Positions 58,452-64,000 of a stretch of 64,000 bases of DNA are shown piece by piece (positions within the stretch are counted from its first letter, which is position 1; every line of letters starts with the position of its first letter). Source of the stretch: Promethearchaeota archaeon (lineage in GTDB: Archaea > Asgardarchaeota > Heimdallarchaeia > Hodarchaeales > Hodarchaeaceae); contig JBHLMN010000017.1 in NCBI GenBank assembly GCA_048938105.1, forward strand, positions 32,001 to 96,000, read 5' to 3'. Below the pieces are notes generated by a model that was not told the DNA's origin, did not search any database, and saw only the letters and a program-made list of their open reading frames with translations. The translations under genes and the position numbers were made by a program.

Positions 58452-58769
58452 TGAAATATTTTAATATCGTGAAGATTTTTCTCTTCTTATCAGTTTAAAG
58501 ATTTTTAAACAATAATGAAATTGATTTCATGAGTGTTATTGAAAAAATATGTTTTGACTGATCTAATGTGTAAATAATCCTAGGTGGTTCTTCTCCACTT
58601 AATGTTCTTAATGCCTGTTCCAATTCGAGTGAAATTAAGCTGTCATCTGTAGGTACCCAAAAATAATACTTTTGATCGACTCTGAAATTCTTTGAGTTTT
58701 ACTTTATCCATTCATATTTTCTGGTAAGAAATCGAAAAAATCATATGTCTATCTCATCCACAGGAATAA

Positions 58770-60158
58770 TTGATGCGAATGTCTGATTCATCATTAATAG
58801 ATGTCATGAGAAGAGCTGAAACAGGCCCAATTTGTCTGGAAAAGGATTTTGATAGAAATAAATTAAGAATAAAACTCCAAGAGGTTATAAAAGAGTATAA
58901 TATCTCATATAATCCAGATTTTTTAATTCCGAATGATAATGACTTAGCGGACGCGCTGTTTAATGCTGCATTGGATCTTTATCTGGAAATAGGTACCTTA
59001 TGTGTGAGTACACACCGACAAATCAAGTTTGAAGAAACAGAAATCAAGGTAGCTTTACAGAATGCAGCTAAACATGTTATATTTGGTGAGGGGTCTGATA
59101 CAAGAGAAATGGCACCTCGAAAGATAGAAGATCAAACTCCTCCTCTTTGCTTAACTTCAGGTGGAGGTGAAATCTCTGAAGACATCTACGTTCAAGTAGT
59201 TCAGAGTTACGCACAAAATTCCCTAGCTGACACTATAAGTGGTGGATGTCCATTGCACACCATTTTTGGTATTGCTCCCAAAGCAGGTACTCCTGCAGAA
59301 GTATTAGCATCTATGTACAATGTTATCTATTCAAAAGAGGGAGCAAAAAGAGCAGGTCGTCCTTTGATAGGTTTTCATAATCTACTCGGAACTGCTCTCT
59401 CAGCAGCAGGGTATATCTCCGCAAGTCAACCCGAACTTGGTGTTAGACCTGTTGATGGAAACCTCATTGCTTCTCTTGCTGAACTTAAAACGGATTACAA
59501 TCAGCTTACTAAAGCCTTATATTACTCTCAGCGAAAAAATGTCCTGTCAGGAGCTGTATACGTACCATTGATGGGAGGATACGGTGGAGGGCCTGAAGGA
59601 ACTGCAATTGTCACTCTAGCACACCATCTGCAAGGACTTCTTGTCCACGATGTTTCTTATGCAGACTTTCCAGTTACCCATCTAAGGTATTCTTGTAGTA
59701 CAGCGCGAGAATCCTTATGGGTCGCTAGTATCGTTGGCCAGGCACTTAGTCGAAATACTCATCTCTTAACTGCTACTGAAGCCATCACTGCTGCTGGTCC
59801 CTGTACAGAAATGTGTTTACTAGAGGTTGCAGCAAGTTCGATTGTTGGTACCGTTTCAGGTATTCATATAAATAACGCATCTGCAACAAAAAGTCAATAT
59901 CTCGATCGTGAAACAGGTATGGAAGCTAGAATAGGCTGTGAAGTCGGCCATGCAACCACAGGTTTGAAAAGAACTGATGCAAACGAGTTAGTGACCCAAC
60001 TTGTTGCTAAATATGAGCAGAAGCTAGGAAATCCACCCCTTGGCCATAGGTTTCAAGAATGTTATGATATAAATACTGTAAAACCTTCTAAAGAGTATTT
60101 AAATGTTTATAAACGGGTAAGAAAAGTATTACAAGAGCTGGGACTCAATTTAGAGTGA
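58770..60158 (+). CDS. mtmB: MtmB-family monomethylamine:corrinoid methyltransferase homolog, pyrrolysine-free (His)
   Basis: RAETGP, THRQI, GRP, ELK, GGYGGGPEG, AGPCTEMCLLE, TGMEAR, FQECYD; no internal stop. Confidence 0.88.
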   Translation: MMRMSDSSLIDVMRRAETGPICLEKDFDRNKLRIKLQEVIKEYNISYNPDFLIPNDNDLADALFNAALDLYLEIGTLCVSTHRQIKFEETEIKVALQNAAKHVIFGEGSDTREMAPRKIEDQTPPLCLTSGGGEISEDIYVQVVQSYAQNSLADTISGGCPLHTIFGIAPKAGTPAEVLASMYNVIYSKEGAKRAGRPLIGFHNLLGTALSAAGYISASQPELGVRPVDGNLIASLAELKTDYNQLTKALYYSQRKNVLSGAVYVPLMGGYGGGPEGTAIVTLAHHLQGLLVHDVSYADFPVTHLRYSCSTARESLWVASIVGQALSRNTHLLTATEAITAAGPCTEMCLLEVAASSIVGTVSGIHINNASATKSQYLDRETGMEARIGCEVGHATTGLKRTDANELVTQLVAKYEQKLGNPPLGHRFQECYDINTVKPSKEYLNVYKRVRKVLQELGLNLE

Positions 60159-60167
60159 GTTCAGTAA

Positions 60168-60668
60168 TCAAATTTTTGAAAGAAGAGTTATAAACTCTTC
60201 CTTATCAAAGGATTCATTCAGATCTAAAGTCAGAGGAGGAGAAAAGACAGGATCTATTCGATAAAAATCTGGTATAGCTAAAATATTCTTATCATGGGTT
60301 GCTATTTTCACGACATTCCTGTCCTTCATCGTTGCTAAGATTGATGCATCTCGTCCTCCAATCCCATGGATTCGATAATCTCCTAAGAGAGTCATTGATT
60401 CTGCTAAAAGCCGCACATCAAAATCTGCAAGAATTACATTCTTAAGAGCAATGATTCCTAATGCTGCATTATAAGCTGTAGTAAAATCTACAGAAGGCTT
60501 CTTAGAAATAGAATGCAGTACTTCTAATGGGATTATAGTGTTTAATACTATCTGTTCCTGGGATTGAAGAACTCCGTCCTTACCCCTTAACCAGCTTTTT
60601 ACATTCTTTGATTCTGGTGCATAGGGATCATAATTATAAATCCAAATCATTGAATCAATAGTGATCAC
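60168..60668 (-). CDS. vapC: PIN-domain (VapC) toxin
   Basis: IDSMIWI, E, GGRDASILATM, IATHDK. Confidence 0.85.
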   Translation of the reverse strand: MITIDSMIWIYNYDPYAPESKNVKSWLRGKDGVLQSQEQIVLNTIIPLEVLHSISKKPSVDFTTAYNAALGIIALKNVILADFDVRLLAESMTLLGDYRIHGIGGRDASILATMKDRNVVKIATHDKNILAIPDFYRIDPVFSPPLTLDLNESFDKEEFITLLSKI

Positions 60669-60679
60669 CTTGAAATCCC

Positions 60680-60913
60680 TCAGAACAACTTTTCGAATTT
60701 GATTGGTGAATTTGTTTCTTGTTTCAGGGATTCGCTGATATTATCGGAGAGATTCTCAAACTCTTTAGCTGAAAGGACTTTTTTTATAAGCAGAAAATCT
60801 TTAATTATCGATAAGTTCAGTTCTACTCCAGCTGTTAATCCTAACTTTTTTCGCAATTCTCGCGGGATAGTAATTCTACCTTTTTCATCAATTGAAACTT
60901 TCATAAATACCAC
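60680..60913 (-). CDS. vapB: AbrB/MazE-type antitoxin (VapB)
   Basis: IDEKGRITIPRELRKKLGL..G; directly upstream of the PIN gene. Confidence 0.88.
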   Translation of the reverse strand: MVFMKVSIDEKGRITIPRELRKKLGLTAGVELNLSIIKDFLLIKKVLSAKEFENLSDNISESLKQETNSPIKFEKLF

Positions 60914-60962
60914 TAAGTGGGCCGAGGTGGGAATTCATTAAAATTTTTCTGTATGGTCTTAA

Positions 60963-61490
60963 CTAGAGAAACTCCGTTAAAGTCTTTTTTTGTGATTCTA
61001 AAGCCAAGAGCTTTTCTTTTCTCCACAGTCCTCCACCATATCCATGTAATTTTCCATTACTAGCAATCACACGATGACAAGGGACAACAATAGCAACGGG
61101 ATTATTCCCATTTGCTCGCCCAACTGCTCGGGAGGCAGATGATTTGCCTATTGTTTTTGCTATCTCTCCATAGGATCTAGTTTCTCCATAAGGAATCTTT
61201 TGTAATGCGTTCCAAACAGAGGTTTCAAAAGGAGTGCCTCGTAAATCTAGTGGAATAGAAAAATCACGTAATTTCCCGTTAAAATATTCTTTCAGCTCAA
61301 TTTCAAGCTTATCAAGAATCGGATGTGATCCTTCAATGCAATCAAGTCGGTACCATTTTTTGTATCGTGTTTTAATGTTGAATAAGTCATGCCTATCTTT
61401 GAATTCAAGAAGACAACAGCCTTTAGAGGTTGTACCAACGATTAAGTCACCTAAAGGGCTATCCAAATATCGATAGACTAGTTTAGACAT
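60963..61490 (-). CDS. ogt: Methylated-DNA-protein-cysteine methyltransferase
   Basis: SPLG, GTPFE..VW..L..IPYGETRSY, RAVGRANG.NP, VPCHRVI, YGGG; ATG 61490 overlaps the adaA stop. Confidence 0.93.
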   Translation of the reverse strand: MSKLVYRYLDSPLGDLIVGTTSKGCCLLEFKDRHDLFNIKTRYKKWYRLDCIEGSHPILDKLEIELKEYFNGKLRDFSIPLDLRGTPFETSVWNALQKIPYGETRSYGEIAKTIGKSSASRAVGRANGNNPVAIVVPCHRVIASNGKLHGYGGGLWRKEKLLALESQKKTLTEFL

Positions 61491-62025
61491 GGCGAGTCTC
61501 TCCAGGAGGGTGTCCAAATTCTTTAGAGAAAGCAGTTCTGAACCCACTATTGGACTTATATCCACAATGAGATGGGAGCTTTTTAACCCTCATTCCTTTT
61601 CTGAGTAATTCTTTTGCGTAAGCTAAGCGAAGTTTACGGTGAAATGCCATTGGAGTTAACTGATAATGATTTTTGAAATGCCGTCTAATAGTAGAGATCT
61701 CTACTCCTGAAATCCGAATCAAAGTTTTCTCATCAATTCTCTTTGAAACATTCCTTTTCATATAAGAAAGAACCTTTTCCAACCAATTAGGAACATTATT
61801 GGGAAATAAATCTGGTTTACATCGTTTACAGCTTCGATATCCTGCAACAATTGCTTCTTCTCTCGTTGAAAAGAATACCATGTTTTTCTCCAATGACAAT
61901 CTTGCTTTACATGAAGGAAGACAGAATATTTTCATCGTCCGCACCCCCACATAAAAATATCCATCGTATGAAGCATCACGTCTTATTCGTGCACTAACCA
62001 TTTCTTCATACGTAAGTTTTTTCAT
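61483..62025 (-). CDS. adaA: AdaA: Ada metal-binding methylphosphotriester methyltransferase plus AraC-type HTH
   Basis: RRDASYDG.F..GV.T..IFCLPSC...GYRSCKRC.P; AraC-like tail GYKS.SGF..AF.KEFG.PP; GGAG SD before ATG 62025. Confidence 0.9.
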   Translation of the reverse strand: MKKLTYEEMVSARIRRDASYDGYFYVGVRTMKIFCLPSCKARLSLEKNMVFFSTREEAIVAGYRSCKRCKPDLFPNNVPNWLEKVLSYMKRNVSKRIDEKTLIRISGVEISTIRRHFKNHYQLTPMAFHRKLRLAYAKELLRKGMRVKKLPSHCGYKSNSGFRTAFSKEFGHPPGETRHV

Positions 62026-62146
62026 GATGAGAACTCCTTTCACGATTATTTTAAACATTGTGCCTATTTTCGAGCAAGTAATTCGATATCACATGAATTC
62101 AGGATTTTCTTTTAATGAATAGAATGTGCAATGTAAAAAAAGATTA

Positions 62147-63532
62147 CTAGTAAATGAACGGAACACCGAGATCGTCAAGCTGCTTACGAATAACTTGATA
62201 AAGATCCAAATATTCTGTTGAAGGCTTGCACCGCTGTACGTCATAACATTCTCGAAAATCTTTACCTAATGGAGCTTTCTCTATCCTATCTTCGTAAGTC
62301 TTGAGAAGAGTAAGAACAAGCTCATTAACATCACTTCTTGACAGTTGCTCTTTTGTTATTCCCAACCCTACTTCAGCAGCCATCCGTGCTTCCAATGGAG
62401 TAGCATAGTTTTTGTGTCTATTTTTTGCAACAGCCATTATCCAGAGATTTGAACCAGAAACAACTGAAGCAAGAGCGTGAGTTGCTGCCTCTCTTAAAAC
62501 CATGGGTGTACATGGTCCAGCAGCAGCATAACTAGCCGATAAAGAGATTAAATTACTGTTACGCGCTAACGCTTGGTAAGTTGTTGTCAATACCCAGAGA
62601 AGCTCCCGTGTTGTATTGCAGGTGTGCTTTAAGTGAAAGGGAAAGTAAACCATGAAATGTGCCTGATTCACAAGTAGACCCATTAAGTGATACGCAAGTC
62701 CAACAATAGCGGTTCCTTCGGGCCCTCCTGCATAACCACCCATAATAGGCCCAGCCAATGCCCCTACGAAACAGCCATAGCTGTGGAAATGTACCATTTT
62801 GTTCAGTAGAGAGTTATTCACTTTTAACTCCGTAATACTTGCCACAAAACGCCCATCAGTCAGTCTCTCTCCCCATTCAGGATTACTTGCTGCAATTTGC
62901 GCAGCATCAGATTCCGCAGTTCCAACACTTTTAAGAAAGATTCCAGGCCGACCCACTCTTCGGGCAGCCTCCCGAAACATCATGGCATGAGAAACAGATC
63001 CCTTTACTTCTGAGGGATATCCTGAGCGAATGGGCATCCCTTCTATCTCATCAAGGATGGGAGCACAGACTCCATCTGCTAGAGGCTCCTGCAAGTAAGC
63101 CATACTCATTGGGACAAAAAGATCTTCATCACAAGTGATGTCAGGTGTGAACATACAGAAAGGCTTTCGAGAATCTGTTATTTGTCGATTTGAAATCTCT
63201 CTCGAATCACGTCCAAATCCTAATGTGAACCTGCCAGGGTAGTTTCCGAGAGCCTCTTTCACCTCTTCTTCTGTAAATAAAACCCTTCTATGAGTATCAG
63301 TCACCAAAGTTCCCACAGTCAGGTAAAGATCTTTTGCAGCGTCCCAAAGATTATCTACTAGAGTATTATCTTCTGGAACTGGTGTTTGGGGATCAAAATG
63401 AATATCATATTCCTTGATAATCCTCCGCAATTCAGGAACTAAGAATTTAAGGTCGAAATCCTTTTCTAAACAAACTGGCCCATTTTGTGCCCTGTCCAGT
63501 ACTTCATTGATACGCCATGGAGGAGTTCCCAT
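62147..63532 (-). CDS. mtmB: MtmB-family methyltransferase homolog, pyrrolysine-free (Lys)
   Basis: DRAQNGP, TDTHR, GRPG, ELK, PIMGGYAGGPEG, AGPCT, TPLEAR, FRECYD; ATG 63532 preceded by GGTGA; no internal stop. Confidence 0.88.
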   Translation of the reverse strand: MGTPPWRINEVLDRAQNGPVCLEKDFDLKFLVPELRRIIKEYDIHFDPQTPVPEDNTLVDNLWDAAKDLYLTVGTLVTDTHRRVLFTEEEVKEALGNYPGRFTLGFGRDSREISNRQITDSRKPFCMFTPDITCDEDLFVPMSMAYLQEPLADGVCAPILDEIEGMPIRSGYPSEVKGSVSHAMMFREAARRVGRPGIFLKSVGTAESDAAQIAASNPEWGERLTDGRFVASITELKVNNSLLNKMVHFHSYGCFVGALAGPIMGGYAGGPEGTAIVGLAYHLMGLLVNQAHFMVYFPFHLKHTCNTTRELLWVLTTTYQALARNSNLISLSASYAAAGPCTPMVLREAATHALASVVSGSNLWIMAVAKNRHKNYATPLEARMAAEVGLGITKEQLSRSDVNELVLTLLKTYEDRIEKAPLGKDFRECYDVQRCKPSTEYLDLYQVIRKQLDDLGVPFIY

Positions 63533-63584
63533 TTTTCTCACCAAATATTTTTTCTTATTCAAAATAAACAGTAGATCTTTTGAT

Positions 63585-64000
63585 TTAGAACCAGACCAAA
63601 ATTTCAGATAATTTCTTTCTTTTTATATCAGGAACGGTTACATCTTCTTTTGGAAATCCAATAGGCATTATAACAAACGCTTTCTCGTTTTTAGGCCGTT
63701 TTAAAAGATTTCGTAGAAAATTCATACTGATAGGTGTGTGTGTTAATGTTGCTAAACCTGCATTATGGATGGCCATGATGAGTATCCCAACAGCAATTCC
63801 AACACTCTTAGTTACGTAATAATTTTTTCGTTTGTTATTGAATTCATCCAAATGATATTTTTGTTGAAAAACAACTATTAGATAGGGAGCTATTTCTAGA
63901 AACGGTTTTCTCCAAGTTGTTCCTAAAGGAGCTAAGTCTTGACGCCACTCCTCTGATATTTTACGTTCGTAAAATTCTTTTTCTTCAAGTTCTGCAGCTT
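63585..64000 (-). CDS. Iodotyrosine deiodinase-like nitroreductase-family flavoprotein; 5' end outside window
   Basis: Hand-extended frame: AAELEEKEFYERKISEEWRQDLAPLGTTWRKPFLEIAPYLIVVF...YYVTKSVGIA...GLATLTHTP...RPKNEK. Confidence 0.8.
   Translation of the reverse strand, partial: AAELEEKEFYERKISEEWRQDLAPLGTTWRKPFLEIAPYLIVVFQQKYHLDEFNNKRKNYYVTKSVGIAVGILIMAIHNAGLATLTHTPISMNFLRNLLKRPKNEKAFVIMPIGFPKEDVTVPDIKRKKLSEILVWF

Noticed and set aside
58495-58711. Minus-strand protein-like fragment (RVDQKYYFWVPTDDSLISLELEQALR...) upstream of the first mtmB
   Set aside because: No in-frame start at its 5' end and no family recognised; could be a decayed gene but cannot be supported
60914-60940. GC-rich patch GTGGGCCGAGGTGGG as tRNA remnant or att site
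   Set aside because: Too short for a tRNA and no second copy noticed; more likely part of the vapBC operator
58770-63532. Evidence for methanogenesis
   Set aside because: MtmB homologs alone do not imply it; no mcr, mtr, mtbA or corrinoid genes are in the window
4944-63611. Numerous 60-160 aa ORFs antisense to or nested within long genes (e.g. 9731..10204, 33190..33615, 48529..48885, 50876..51223)
   Set aside because: Shadow frames of well-supported CDS with no recognisable motifs
1-64000. CRISPR array, rRNA or tRNA genes
   Set aside because: No regularly spaced repeats and no GC-rich cloverleaf or rRNA-like tract seen; intergenic regions are short and AT-rich
1-64000. Genome-wide TAG-to-pyrrolysine or TGA-to-selenocysteine recoding
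   Set aside because: TAG and TGA end many full-length conserved genes at the expected positions; the only internal stop found is in tnpB

Overview
AT-rich archaeal genomic DNA, most likely from an Asgard archaeon (Heimdallarchaeia/Hodarchaeales-like; inferred). Evidence: two Rab-like small GTPases next to longin/roadblock proteins, a longin-DENN-like protein, an archaeal-type CoA operon (coaBC-panE-pok-pps-panB), archaeal DTD2, a short XPF and GGTGA/GGAG Shine-Dalgarno motifs. About 50 CDS are present; no rRNA, tRNA or CRISPR array was recognised. One IS200/IS605 (IS1341-type, tnpB-only) element can be delimited to 22041-23537: excising it restores the stop codon of galE, and its tnpB carries one in-frame TAG. 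Most unusual items: (1) two full-length MtmB-family methyltransferases without the pyrrolysine amber codon (Lys and His in its place), one in a co-directional run with an iodotyrosine-deiodinase-like flavoprotein, AdaA, Ogt and VapBC; (2) an MFS transporter fused to a C-terminal longin-like domain, tandem with a paralog and close to a Rab-like GTPase/longin-roadblock pair (possible transceptor signalling); (3) an isopentenyl-phosphate-kinase/metallo-beta-lactamase fusion; (4) a HEAT plus tandem winged-helix (UFL1/PCI-like) protein coupled to XPF; (5) several modular surface proteins. All family calls come from motif recognition by eye; no database search was run.
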